The translations under genes were made by a program, and so were the position numbers. A DNA stretch of 64,000 nucleotides from Camelus dromedarius (lineage: Eukaryota), in NCBI RefSeq assembly GCF_036321535.1, contig NC_087436.1:37822001-37886000 (forward strand). Reading direction: 5' to 3'. Of this stretch, positions 27,300 through 40,395 are shown one piece after another (within the stretch, counting starts at the first letter, position 1; each line of letters begins with the position of its first letter). A model generated the notes under the pieces. The model saw nothing but the letters and a program-made list of their open reading frames with translations. It was not told the origin of the DNA and did not search any database.

Positions 27300-28300
27300 A
27301 AATCCTTTTCATAAAAAACTAAAGTATTGTGGTTAAAGCTTAAGCACTTTTGAAAACCCTCTCTAATCCTGGTCTCTTTCTTTTCTCTGCTGAGATAAAC
27401 AATTTTGTGCTTCAATGCATATTTTTCAAAACTTTAAAATATTTCACTCACCTCTATATATCCATAAAAATCTATAGCGTAGTTGGGTATGTTTTGTTCT
27501 TTTTCATATAAGTAATAGTGTACAAATAATGGTATAAGTCACTATATCACTCAACATTATGTATTTGAGACCTACTTATTTTGAGACACGCAAATCTAGC
27601 TTATTCACTTTAGTAGCTCTGTGACTGTATCGTATTTGAATTTATAATTGCAATTACAATGAATATTGTAACAACATTCTTTTACATTTCTCCTTGAGCA
27701 TATGTGCTAGTGTTTCTGTTAAGAGTGGGAACCTATAAGTAGAACTGCTGGATAAGAGTACGTACATTTTTAGGTTTAACAGATACTGTTCAATTTCTCC
27801 CAAAAGTGGATCACTCAGTTTATCTTTGTACAAATTGCGTGTGAGAACACCCATTTCTCCACACCTCACCAATGATGGGGGCCATGCTTAGCTTTCAGAT
27901 TTTTGCCTAACTTCTGAGATTAAAAGTGTTATTGCACTGTTGCTTCGATTTATCTTTCCCTGATTACTAAGGTAGCCATTTTTTCAATGGCCATTTATGT
28001 TTTTACTCCTATTAATTACTTTTTCATTTGTGTCTATTTTTCTTTCAAGTATTTGCAAATATTTTTTCTTAGCCCATAGTTTATCTTTTAATATTGTAGT
28101 GATTTATTGAATTATTCAGAAGTTTTAAACAAATGTGCTCCACTATATTAATTTCTTGCATTAAAAATTATTCTTTAAGTAGAGTTTCTTCACTTCAGAG
28201 TCATAGAGATATTCTTCTATATTTTCTCTTAGTATTTTAAAGTTTTCATTTTTACACATAATGTTAAAACATGGTGTGAAGGATTGATTGAAATCTTTTC
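27300..28300 (-). mobile_element. Old L1 (L1ME/L1M5-like) fragment
   Basis: T-rich reverse L1 text: agtagaactgctggataagag..tttaacagatactgttcaatttctcccaaaagtgg..atttctccacacctcaccaa. Confidence 0.7.
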
Positions 28301-29289
28301 TGCCTTTTGACATTACGAAATACTGTAAGGCTAACAGTACAGACAGATCCATGTCAAAAAAAAAGTTCCTAATTTCTCCAAGTTCGAGTTCAAAAAGGGC
28401 TGATCCTTGGTATAAGATTCCTAGTCTAACTCTGGGTGCTAAAAGGGCTCACTAGCTCTGACAGCATTTACCAAGGCGGGAAAGGAGACGAAATTTGGAA
28501 AGAAAGGGTACTTGCTGCAAAATGTTCTATATGCTTAGAAGTACAGTATTTTGTTCTTGTCCCTACAGGCTGGGGGCAGTGAAAGTGATGTATGTCTATT
28601 AAAATTTAAGGGAATGCTTAAACATAAAGACTAGAGCCAGCTTCACATCTGAAGATTTCTGCAGAAGGAACAGCCACAGCAACTCACCCTTGCTGGTCAT
28701 GAAGAGACCAGAGTTTAGTATGTATGAATCCAAAGGTGTATTGTGGAAAGGCCACACCAACACCCTATTTCTTCATAAGCCTTTGAGTATCTGGAAGAAA
28801 ACTCCAGTGGTTTTCTATGGCTTCACCTAGAAGAGCATTGAGACTAGTAGAGGGAGACTAAGGCACTGGGACTGCCCAGGTGATCCCTAAGCCAAGCAAC
28901 CATCCCCAACAAGGAGATACATATTGGCAGGTGAATCCGAGTGCTGCAGGCAGTATGGTTGTCCTTGAAGGGACATCATTCGATAGAGGCAGACTACATA
29001 AAGCTAACTCTGTCCTTAAGATAACAGACCTCCAAGCAGACATATACAGAGAACAGTCACATGGATCAAATTTCTCCTCCCTCTTCGCCTCATTTGCTAT
29101 ATGGAGAGAGGCCAGTAAGAGAATTTAGAGTGAAGGAAAGAGAGGGCAGTTCAACTAGAGAAAGAAAAAGGAAGTCTAAGAAAGCTGATCACTTCTTCAC
29201 TTTCTGATGCCAGAAATATAAATCCAACAGCTAGGAGGTGGGGTTACCAGGGTCAAATTTAGGCAGTCAGACTTCAACACTGACCTCTC

Positions 29290-31810
29290 AAAGACTATGC
29301 TAGTGTGTGATTCTCAGGTGTGATATTTACTCCAGATTTCTGGTTTACATCCATTTTAAATTAAGAACATTTCTTTTGAGTTCTAATTTGCTAAGAATTT
29401 TCTTTTTAAACATTAGTGAACGTTGGCTTTTATTTGAAAAATTAGGGGCAACTACTAAGAAACATTTTTTTCTGTTAATTTGTTTATGCAGGGAACCAAA
29501 ATGATAAGATTTTTCTGATATTAGAATCATATTTGCAGCCTATTTTAAATCTGACATATTACATATTTTCTTTAAATACATTGTTGGATTCTATTTGCTA
29601 ATTTATTGATATATTTTTAAGAGTTTTGCATTCATGTTCAAAAGTGAAATTGAACCCTTTGTTTCTTATCTTGTAGTATATTTGTCCAGTTTTAAATCAG
29701 AATATTGTAGGCTGTGAGATTAGCTGATTAGATTTAATATTTTTTCTAAATTCGGGATCTGTTTACATAAAAGGGGTATTATCAGCTCCCTGATCTTAAA
29801 TCTGTCTCCAGTCAGGAGACTTTTGTACAGGTAGATCTTTAGCTACCTGTTGAACTTATTTTATTGCTGTTCTGTTGGGTTTTCAGTGACTTCCTGGATC
29901 ACTTTTGGTAATTTATATCTTCCCAGGAAAATTATCGAGTTCATGTAGGGGATGTTCAAATTCATTGGTTACTGATGGTAGTTACCAAAACCTCATAACT
30001 TTATAAAAGTCTTGGAATCAGTAATGTTCCCTTTTATGACCTTATTGTTATTAATTGTATCCTTACATTTTTCTTGATTGTAATTGCTCTAAATTTTTCT
30101 TTTTATTACTTTTTTAAAAAAGTCCTTCTTATTTTAATCAATTCTATGCTTTTTTTGTATTTTTTGAATTTATTCTTTTATCATTGTTGTTCGTCCTCCC
30201 ACTTTCTTAGAGTTTATTTTCCTTTTCCCATCCAAATGCTTCCTGATTACAAGATATAGTCCATTTATTTTCAACCTTTCTTCTTCTTTTTTTAATAATC
30301 AAGGGTATATATCTTTCCAATTAAGTACCACTGTGTTTCCACCTATAAGTTTTGCTTTGAAGTGCTTCCATTCTTGTTGCTAAGTTCTAAATAGTTTAAT
30401 ACTATTGATTTTTATTTCATTGTTCTGTTTCATTGTTATGTATGACATAATTTCAGTTTTTTTTTTTAAAATTGATATCCATCCCAATCAGTTTAGCTCT
30501 TAGGCCCTTGCAAGAGGGACTTTGTTTTGGGACGTGTGTTTTAGAGGGCCATCCTTTGTCTTTTAATTTTTGAGTACACTCAGTGACTCTGTCTTTTGTG
30601 ATTTTTTAATAATTAAAAAAACTAACTATGATATAAACATACAACACAAAATTTATCATTTTAACTGTTTATATGCCTACAGTTCAGTAGTGTAAAGTAT
30701 ATTTACATTGTTGTGCAACATATCTCCAGATTTTTTTTCATGTTACAGAATAAGACTGTATATCCATTAGACAACAACTTCCCATTTCTTCCTCTCCCCA
30801 GCCCATCGCTACCACCATTCTATTTTTTTTTCCCTAGAATTTGACTATTTTACATAGTTCATATAAGTAGAATCATATGGTTTTTGTATTTTTGTGACTG
30901 GCTTTTTTCACCATAAGGTCCTGAAGATTCATCCATGCTGTAGCATATGTCAAATTTTCCTTCTTTTTTAAGGCTGCATAACATTCCATTGTATGTTTAT
31001 ACCACATTTTGTTTATACATTCATCTGTTGGGCATCTGAGTTACTTCCACTTCTCATAGATTATTTTAAACTCATTCATATTCATTGTAATTATGTCTGT
31101 GTTTTGACTTTTTCCTTTTATTTTGTGTTTTCTTTTCATTCTTCCTCCAACTAATTTTTCACCTTTTCTATTTCTTCTGAGCATCCTAAAATTTTTAACA
31201 TACGTTATAACTTTTTCTCTAACAACTTCTAGCGCCAGTCAATTAAAATAAGCCTCCAAACTGAACATGCTTTTACTCACCTCTGCATCCCTCTGCATCC
31301 TCCACATACACATATACCTCCCATTTGCTGTGGCAGCAGTGACTAGAATTACAGGTCCAGATTGATTTTAAACAACTTTTGAAGTTTTACAACCTATAAT
31401 TTACTTATTTTTGCTTATTTTTTATTATAGTATTGGTTCAACCAAGTTTTATTTTTCTTCTTGCTGGATTACATCTTTCATCTTTCAGAGGCTGGGGGTA
31501 AAAATGTTGTGAATCCATGTATATTTGTAAATGTCACTATTTGCTTTTAGGTTTGAATGATAGTTTGATAGGATATAAAATTCTAGGTTCAATTCTCTTT
31601 GCTTTTCCTTTATCGGTTACTGGTTTTGAGTTTTTGTTCCATTGCCTTACTCTGTCCAGTATTGCTACTATAAAGAATCACAAGAATCTGATTCTTATTC
31701 CTTTCTGAGACTTGTGTTTTGTTCCTCTTACAGTATTATTTCTTTATTCATTATCTTCTGAATTTAACTATGATTATGTGTAAGTATTCAACGGGCCCTT
31801 TTGATCTGAG
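29290..31810 (-). mobile_element. Old L1 ORF2-region remnants
   Basis: attgttggattctatttgctaat..ttttgcattcatgttcaaaagtgaaattg..ttttggtaatttatatcttcccagg..gataggatataaaattctaggttc. Confidence 0.65.
30620..31055 (-). mobile_element. L1MB-like 3' end nested in the older L1
   Basis: tacagttcagtagtgtaaagtatatttacattgttgtgcaaca..catataagtagaatcata..gattcatccatgctgtagcatatgtc..acattccattgtatg. Confidence 0.85.
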
Positions 31811-32099
31811 GCATTAAGGCATTCACAAGTGTATCCTGTTAGCTAGTGACAAAATTAACTCTCTTGATTCAGCCTCATGCTCTTTATAATAGAAGTATAG
31901 GGGTGGAGATCTTGTAGCTTTAATGTAACATTTAGTCATGAGACAGGTACAGTAATACAAAACTCACTAGCTTATAAACAAAGAACAATTAAATTCAAAT
32001 TGTGTTTCCGGCAGGTGAAATAAAATGTCCTGCTCAGATGGCTAAAGCTTTTCATGAATATTTGTGAAGACTTTTTGATTTTTCATTTCTCTAGTGTCC

Positions 32100-33798
32100 A
32101 TATAGCTCCTTTTTTTCCATTCAGGTCAGAATCATCTCCCTAAAGTTTGCATTTCCAAAATATGGCTCTCAGGTCCTAGAGAAGGCATGGGAGAAACTTT
32201 ATCTCAAAGGCACAGAGTAAAGATGTAAGTTTTCTCCAAGAAGGAGTCTTGGGGTAAATTTTCCTATTATCAGAAGTCTAAAGAAATTATTATGTAAATC
32301 TGTATTATGTAAAAATTTCCTTCTTTTACTTAAGGGTATGACAGTACTCTTTTCAATGGCCTGATCTTTTATAATATCTGCAGCCTTAATGATATCAAAA
32401 GGCTGATTCGTCCACCCAAGTACATTTTCTTCAATTTGTCTCTTTATATCAGGGAGAAAATTTCCAGCTAAGGTGGAAATAAAAAAAATCTCTGTGTTCT
32501 AGATGTAAAGCTGTGTGCCTTTGGAATTTTTTAATAAATCACTCCACAAAAGCTTCAGAATGCTTTCCTTCTCTCTGAGTACCTAGTTTCATTTCAGCTT
32601 AGGAGAGGAGTCTCTCCCAAAAAAGTTCCTATCCAGCTCTGAATATCAGCTTCCAACTACGCCAACTCCTGACCATAGAGCTACTTAAAAAAAAAAAAAA
32701 AATCCTTTCAAATATCTTACAATCAGGTTTCAGCCAGGACAAACAGTAAATGTTCCTAGCGATACTGAACTCCTTTTAAAATTATTTTTAAATTACTTTT
32801 AGCCTTTTTCTTTTTAAACTAAAGGCATGCTTATGAAGTGACTCGAAACCAAAACCAAGAATCCCTTTATGACTTAACCATGGACTTACCAACAGGCATC
32901 CCCAAAGAAGTGCAAAATTCGCAGTCCTCCCAAGCTCTTAAGCCGCTCCCAAGTATAGCGCAGAGAAAGAAAGACAGTTCTCTGAGAGCTGGTAACAGTC
33001 AGTAGGATTCTAGCCTCAAATGGGATGCAACCCTCATTTCTGTCCAGCCATATTTTTTGTGTCCCCCACCTGACATTGAGCCACCTGTACACACAAGAAC
33101 TGACAATCTGTGTGCCCTGGGCAGGCAGAAAGCCAAGTTCTCAGGACATAAACTAGACAACCAGGAAAGCATTAGCTGTCCCAGGAAGGGAAAGGATCAA
33201 TAACCATCGGGCAGCCCCAAACCAAATTCCTAAGAGTTACAATTCGAAGAATGAATTCTTATGTTTTCCTCTCCTAATCTGAATTTGGAAAAGAAGGTCA
33301 AAGTGAAATTTTATTTTCTTCTCTAGACTGGGCACTACAGGCAGCTATCTGGAAGAGCTGACTTTGGTAAGAATTTTTTACCTTTCGCTGGCTTCTGCCA
33401 GTTTTCCAGGGATCTCATTGTTAGATTGATTAAACAAAGAGGCCATTAGGCTGAGGCGGCTCTGATGCCATGGCAGCCTGTGTAAGGAAACCAAGATCTA
33501 AGCCCGTAAATACCTCAAAGGTAAAGAATCAAAACACTAAGTACCAGCAACCACAAACAGCCGAGTAGGCTTTAAGTCACAGCCAGTCAGTAATTCTCTT
33601 ACTTTGCTTCCACCTCTCTCTGCAAAGTCTCCCCGGCTCCTATTAGTGATGTGCTGTTAACCGCTACTGGTTTGTCGCTGCCCAATCTGAACTGATTTTT
33701 ATCCAAATAAACTCTTACTTTTTTTAATCTTTTGACACCATCTGTAGGCTCTGGAGCAAGTTGGGTGTCACAGTGGGTCCCTTCCTTGTCACCAAAAT
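32100..33798 (-). mobile_element. ERV1 (MER4-group) internal leader with primer-binding site
   Basis: Minus-strand PBS-like TGGTGACAAGGAAGGGAC lies a few bases beyond the adjacent LTR end (+ strand 33777-33794); leader text resembles MER4-group internal sequences; no intact gag/pol. Confidence 0.65.
33419..33737 (+). mobile_element. Short solo LTR (ERV1, MER34-like) nested antisense in the ERV leader
   Basis: TGTTAG...TTGACA termini, AATAAA at 33706-33711, near-TSD tcat/ccat. Confidence 0.75.
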
Positions 33799-34332
33799 TG
33801 TCAGAGAGGAAAAATAATTTTCTCTCTACCTTTCTGAGTTCTTGGCTGAGAGCCCCCACTAATGAAAGTCAGACTAGCAAGAGAAAAACAAACAGAAGTT
33901 TATTAACAGACATTCCTCACATATACATGGGAGATACCAAGGAAAATTCAATAATTCCCCAACAAGGCCGAAACTACCACCTTAAAATACTTTCTTTAGC
34001 TAAAGATCAAAGACAGATGTTGAAAGAAGGGGACAGTGAAGCCAGTTATGGGAGTTTACCAGGAAATGCTCGGTAGAGGGTAAGATGTGCTACATGTAGA
34101 TTCAAGTCGCTGCCTTCTCCTTAGTAAGTTTCTTGTGATGTAGAGTCACTCTTCTCTTCTACATGCCAAGAGGGAGGCATCTTACAAATGGAGATTTCCT
34201 TTACAAATGTAAATTTCCCTTACAGAATGGTAACTTCTACTCTCTTGTTGGAGCTTCTCCTATGTCTGCTGCTTCTCAAAGTAATCCTTTATGCCCCAAA
34301 GGCATGATTTGGGTTGACATATTCAGTAGTCA
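33799..34332 (-). mobile_element. 5' LTR of the truncated provirus (MER41-like, MER4 group)
   Basis: Minus-strand 3' end ..CTCTGACA abuts the PBS; minus-strand AATAAA at 33899-33904; text resembles recalled MER41-like LTRs of laurasiatherians. Confidence 0.72.
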
Positions 34333-34439
34333 GAAGTCAACGGGGGCTGTGAACTATTGAGACATTTTTTATTTTTGTTATAAAACATTGGAGAAATGAC
34401 ACAAGAGAGGTAGAAGTCATGCATAAATATTAAGTTGAT

Positions 34440-34580
34440 GCTATATTATATGCAACTGGGTTGGCACTTGTGACTGTGCAAGTGGGGCACTGCCAGGAGC
34501 CACTCACATTAACTATGATATGACTGAGGCCCCTTAGAGATGTGTAACACGTGACCTCTTCACTCTGTACTGTGGCAGTA
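34440..34580. mobile_element. MER91B-like hAT-Tip100 MITE
   Basis: ccaggagccactcacattaactatgatatgactgaggcccttagagatgtg resembles the MER91B palindromic core. Confidence 0.5.
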
Positions 34581-34589
34581 TCTTTAAAC

Positions 34590-35300
34590 TGAGATGCTAG
34601 ATAAATAAGGATCTAAAATGTAAGGCATAGTATCAAAGATCTTAAACTCTAATCAGGTAAATATGAGAGAGAAACACACACACGCACAGACACATACACA
34701 CACACTCCTAACAAAGTAAGATAGTGATTAAGTGCTATATGAATGAACAGACAAACCACTATGGCTGTATAAAAGCAGGAGAGATCACTTCCAATTGTGA
34801 TGATCAGAAATAGTCTCATGGAAATGATGAAACATAGATTAAATTGTGAAAGATGGTAGAAGTTAAATGAGAAGAAAATAATGAAGAGGGCATTTCAGGA
34901 AATGAAGAAAATAGCACAACATTGAGCCAGCTGTCATAAATTTTAGAGAAGAGAGAATAAGTGAAATGAATTGAATAGAGGATTCTAAAAGAATAGTGGG
35001 AGCTGAGGTTGGAAGGGTAGGATGGAAGCAGATTGTGGACAGCCTTTTGATTTCAGGAAAAGGATTTGGAATATCCAGTTGGTATGTGGACTTATTCATG
35101 TTATTAGAGAAAAGGAGTGTCAAGATAATACTTAAGGAATATTAATCTAGCAGTGATGTATACAGTGCATTCAAGCAAGGAGAAGCCAGAGTAAGGGCAT
35201 TATATAGATGTTGTAATAGTTAGATATGGGGCTTTGAGGGTCTAAACTATGGAGAGCACAGTGACATGGGAAGAGGTAAGACAAGAATAAACTGAATCTA
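34590..35300 (-). mobile_element. L2 fragment, with a (CA)n tract at ~34674-34706
   Basis: Purine-rich reverse L2 text (gggagctgaggttggaagggtagg..agcagattgtggacagcc..attaatctagcagtg). Confidence 0.55.
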
Positions 35301-35323
35301 AATCCAAGACATCTGGGAATAAA

Positions 35324-35446
35324 GGGGTATGAGGTATAGCTCAGTGGCAAGGCATATGCTTAGCATGCACAAGGTCCTGGGTTCTTTCCCCAGTACCTCT
35401 ACCAAAAAACCTCCCAAAACAAAGAACAAACAAACAAAGAAAAACC
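35324..35446 (+). mobile_element. Vic-1-like SINE
   Basis: ggtatagctcagtggcaaggcatatgcttagcatgcacaaggtcctgggttc..cccagtacctc with A-rich tail; TSD ccaagacatctg at 35304-35315 / 35447-35458. Confidence 0.9.
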
Positions 35447-38064
35447 CCAAGACATCTGATAAACAAGGAGGTGGTATTTTAAGCAGAGATGCTGGCAGAC
35501 TGTTTCTAAAGTAGGAAAATCAGAGTGATTAATCATATTAAGGTTGTGCCACTAAAGGTCAAAAATAAACTTAAGCTCATGAATCCAGTGAAGAAAATAA
35601 TTTAAAATAATTAAAGCCAGGGTTTTCTTGGTAGTTTTTAAATTATCTTAGTTATTCACTATTTATCTCTAGTCTGCCTATGATTCAAGTGTTAGAATCA
35701 TATGATTACAACTAAATATCTTACTTAGACCAAAATGGTTTCTCTATTATAGGCACTACTTGGAGCTTTTTCAGATTTTACATTAGAGCTAATTGCCATA
35801 TGGAATATTATTGGCCTAGGAAATATTTCTCATTTGAAAAAAGTGATGTTGGTACGAACACATATTTTTGAATGAATGAATAAAGCATTCTTTATTAGAT
35901 GTTTTCTTTAAAATGGGTTAAAACTCTTCAAAGCCAGTTAAATTAACAAGATCTTTTTGGTTGAATTTTGCTATATTACAGGCTTTTAATGTCTTCCTTT
36001 TGAAAGTTCCACAGCTACTATATAATCATAAGCATAAGAAATATTTTACTTACCCTACAATCATTTTAAATTTCATGGGCCAAATTCTCCCCTCAGATGT
36101 ACTTTTTATAACTCCCACTGAAGTGAGTGGAAATTTAGTTAGACTATATGAGGGCAAAATTTGGAATCACATTTGCAAAGATATTGACTTTTCCTGATTC
36201 ATGTTTTATTGAGAAATTGAACATTTAAATTGGCTAAGATTATCTGTAATAAAATATTTGAACTTGATGCCATTTAGACATACTGGGAAAAGAAGGAAAA
36301 TAACATTTTACTGCAGATTGCTACTTTTCAGATTTTGACTTTCATTTCCCATGAAAAAATATAAACCTGGAGAATTAAACACCTCCACATTTCCCCCTAC
36401 TGGGCTTGAAAGTTAAAAAGCATTTCAAATGCATGAGTAAAATATTTTTTATAGCATATAATAACACTGGAGCTCCAGGAGACTGGCAGGAAAAGGGAAA
36501 GGAAACAGAGGGTGGAAGAGGGGAATGTATGTGAAATACTGGCCCCAGGAATCCAAAATAAATGAACCATATAGTTTTAAGATTAGCTCGTATTATTTCA
36601 TCTCTGCATTCTCATTGTGTGAAAACTATCACAAAGATTTCCAATAGTTCTATTTCTTTGGGGTTGGCTTATTTCACTTTTTCTAAACAGTAGAGTAATG
36701 GAGCATACTCAGAAAAAAACTCGGTTCTTTGTAGACAGAATTCTGCGAGGGATTCTGCTTATTGTGCATTGCCTAATCCGGGCATCAGACTTTTGATGGC
36801 AAAGCACAGGGGGAAGGTCATTCAGTTCTGCGTTGATATGTAATGAATTATGGAGGAATTTTTTTTAGTACCTAATGAAAGATTTGTTTAAGATGACGGT
36901 GTTCATTCTCTCAATGAGAACAATCCTCAGTGTATCCCTCACAACAATATATCATGGGCTACGTGTACAATTTACTACAGATGCAAGATGTGTCAGGTTC
37001 TAGTATTTGTCCCATGAATTCCCATTTCCTAATCCGGTGTGGCCCTTGTGAATTCGCTTCTGTGTCTATTACGTTGAAAATGTTCCTCACAACTGTCTTT
37101 CCCATTCAGATGTCCCATCAACTTCTACCTTTAGGAACTTTGCGGCTGAGCCTGCTCTTTGCTTGGGCACTTGCTTGAACACGGTGTGGTAATGCTGAGT
37201 TGTTACTGGTTATGCCCAGAAGAGGCCTTCCTCTTTCTTGTAGGCTCTGCAGGATGTTCGCTGTGTGCATGTAAGACGCTCGTGCTCTGTCTCTAACATG
37301 ACGACTCCGTTTCTGCGCTCCTTTCTGCTGGTAAAATAAAGGCGATAGTGACAGAAATGCTGCTGAAGCCTCCTTGTCAGAAAGACTTTATTGCCCCACG
37401 AATTCACTCTGGTCCAACAGGGCAGAAACAGGACTGCAGCGACAGCCCCTGTAGCACATTAAACAGGCTCCTTTCTCCTCAGCGTGCCGGGGAGCAGTGT
37501 TGGTTACAGTAATATTTTCATGCCGTCTTGAATTTGCGAAGTCTGGTAACTTGTATTGCTTATTCTTGGTCCTTGGCACATAGTTCTATAAATACTTGTT
37601 GCAGGAATATATGATAGTCTTAAAGATTTTTAAAAAATGGATATCACAAAATTTGAGTTAAAAATGGAAGAACTTATGAAGTTTTAAATAAATTGGGAGT
37701 ATAATCAAGGACTTCAAACTGACGAACTGTGCTTAATACAGTTTAACTTCTGGTAGGTTTATTTTCTCCTCCTTTGAGAGACACAGGTGATCGATGAGCC
37801 CAGTGAAGAAAAACATTTCCTACAAGCTTTCACTGGGAATTTTTAGGGTACGGCTTCTCTTTGCAGAAGCAGCATTGTCTTATAGCCAGCATTATGCAGA
37901 TATTAAAGACACTGTTCTTGCCCTGGAAGGATGACTGGGGGCTGCCATTTGCCACAGTGCAAGTTAATAGACTCACATCTGTGTAGTTATAGCAAAATCC
38001 AGATGGCTGGATGAGGAACACTGAAGTATAGCTGTGCAACTTAGTCCTGAACCATGTAATAATA

Positions 38065-38270
38065 ATAATAACTTCCATTTATTTTGAACCTATTTTGTGC
38101 CCAGGGCTCTGCAAAGTAGGCATCACCATCTTCATTGTGCAGACAAGGAAATAGAGTTTTAGAGTGGTTACTAACCCTTCTTATTATGGTCTCACGTTAA
38201 TACTTCTCAGATCTGTGATTCAAACTCCAGCCTCCCCAGTTCCCAAATCCTTGCTGTTTCCACGGCTCCT
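38065..38270 (-). mobile_element. MIR
   Basis: aataataacttccatttattttgaacctattttgtgcccagggc..agtaggcatcaccatcttcattgtgcagacaaggaaatagag..gattcaaactccag. Confidence 0.7.
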
Positions 38271-40164
38271 TGCCCCTCCAACAGAGACTGGGAAGCTCTC
38301 CTAATAGAAGGGAGTTCCCCACGGTAGGAGCAATGGCAGGACATTCTTTTGGCGGTTGTGTCTGGAAGAAAAGGTTTCCAGAAGCTATTTTTGTGGGTAG
38401 CCTGTATAATTCAGCACAGACTCTGGCATAGTCTGTGTGATTTTTTTAAAAAGTCTTTTTGCTTCCTTCTGGTCTAAGGTTCTTTACAGTAAAATTTTGC
38501 AGAAATGTTCAGAAATGATGACTTGTGGAACCAGCAAGATGCCAATTTTTTCTTCACAGCTGCATAGTGGCCTTTTATAAAGAGAGACTTATAATAACTG
38601 AATTCCTCAGGCAAAGAGAATAGCAGTGCAAAGGCTGGCTGGATTATAATTCATGGAGGAAACATTTGACCCAATGGTATAAGAGAATCTGTTATTTTTG
38701 CCATATCTGATTATTAAAAAAATTTTTTTGGTATCTTTTCTCCAGAGAATACACCTGTCACACAGCCAGAAGTCTTCCAATTTGGTTTTCCATATGTTGA
38801 CAAGTTTCTTATAACAAAGGATTTAAGTTACCTTCAGGGCAAGCAGTATTAGTAACTTTCAGAATAATATATTGTTTCTTATTTCGGTCACATATATGAT
38901 TTAAATACTATACTTCACAAGTTAGGTTTGGATATAAACGCTTAAGAGCTACAGACCTATTTCAGCAATAGAAAAATTCTCTTGCTGTGTTAGAAATGTG
39001 ACATTCATATCTTATTGCCTAATTACAAAGACTTTAAAACAAAGCAAATCAATGTTCATGAGCATTATTTTCTTGAACTCACCTACGAGGCCACATAAAA
39101 AATAATATTCTTCATATGTAAAATATGTTAATATGGTACTTGGTTACAATGGGAAACAACAGAAGAAATCCTAAAATTAATGATCTTCAAGCAGTATTAA
39201 TTTGTTATGATTGCACACTCAATATAACAGGATGAAGTTAGAAACTTACCTTTCTGATGATGAAGTACTATGTGAAACTTCAATCTGCCAAACGTAAGAA
39301 GAAACAGTTGGCGGAGAGGAGGCCTTATGGAGACCCCAATTCAGCAGGGAATTACATCATCAGTTGCGTATGAGCCCCTTTTTATTGAGAGGTCACCAAG
39401 ACGTCAGCACTCAACTGTGATGTTTATTTGAAATAACATTTTCTATGGAAAACTTGGTTCTTGCCTCTGTGCTAAAGAATTAGTAAGACTTATATAATAA
39501 TTTTTACTTTATACACAGGATCAGAGAGTTTATAGAAAATGATCATTTAAACTAAGTTCCTCCTTACTCATTTGGAATGGTGTATTAAGAAGGTGCCCCC
39601 TTCTTTTTAATAATAGCTCAGCTCTGAAGTAACTATTTTGTTTCAATAAGACAAAAAGAAAACTAATAGGCCAGATTGAGTGCTTCTGACAAACATAAGA
39701 GCATTGGCATTGCTTTTTGGTTAATTATTGATTCTTTTAAATATTATCATTTCCATGATTTAAAAATTTGTAGATGAGCTAAGCTGTGTTTATAAATAGG
39801 CTAAGCCTCAAAATATTGGCTGGATTCAGAGAAACTTTCTGTACAGGCAGGGTCTTATCTAACAGCCCCTCTCCGCAGAGCAGATATCCCTGGGGAATCA
39901 CATGACTCTGCCTTCTCTTAGATACAGTTGTTGGATCAAACTGGAGCATCTGACCATGGGGCAACTATTTAACTGACCTTGGCCAATAAATTTTCTACCC
40001 AGTTCTACAGGAGGAATTGGAGGGGGATTGAGAGTGGACATGAAAGAAGGAGAGAGAGAAAGAGAGAGAGATTGAAAAATGGAGAGTTCTGCTTGTCCTG
40101 GAAGTGCTGCTAAGCCTCATGGGAAGTGGAAGTGGAGAGTGGGCCAGCCTGAGTCAGCTGGAGA

Positions 40165-40395
40165 TCAAATCAAGGACATTGGAATCAGCCAGTCCTGAGT
40201 TTGATTTACTTCCACCCCTTCATGGATGCCTGAAATTGACCAAGAGCAATCACCTCTCTCTTGTATGTAAAATGGGGCTAATAACACTTATTTTGCAGGG
40301 CTGTTACGTAGGGCTGTTAGAGCTTTACGATAATGGATAGGAAGAACCTAGTCCAGTTTCTGGCGTATACTAGGCTCAGTACATGGTAACAATTA
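40165..40395 (+). mobile_element. MIR
   Basis: ttggaatcagccagtcctgagtttg..tgtaaaatggggctaataacactta..cagggctgtt..tggcgtatactaggctcagtacatgg. Confidence 0.7.

Noticed and set aside
28325..29130. Possible ancient LTR between L1 fragments
   Set aside because: No defensible termini, TSD or family match by eye.
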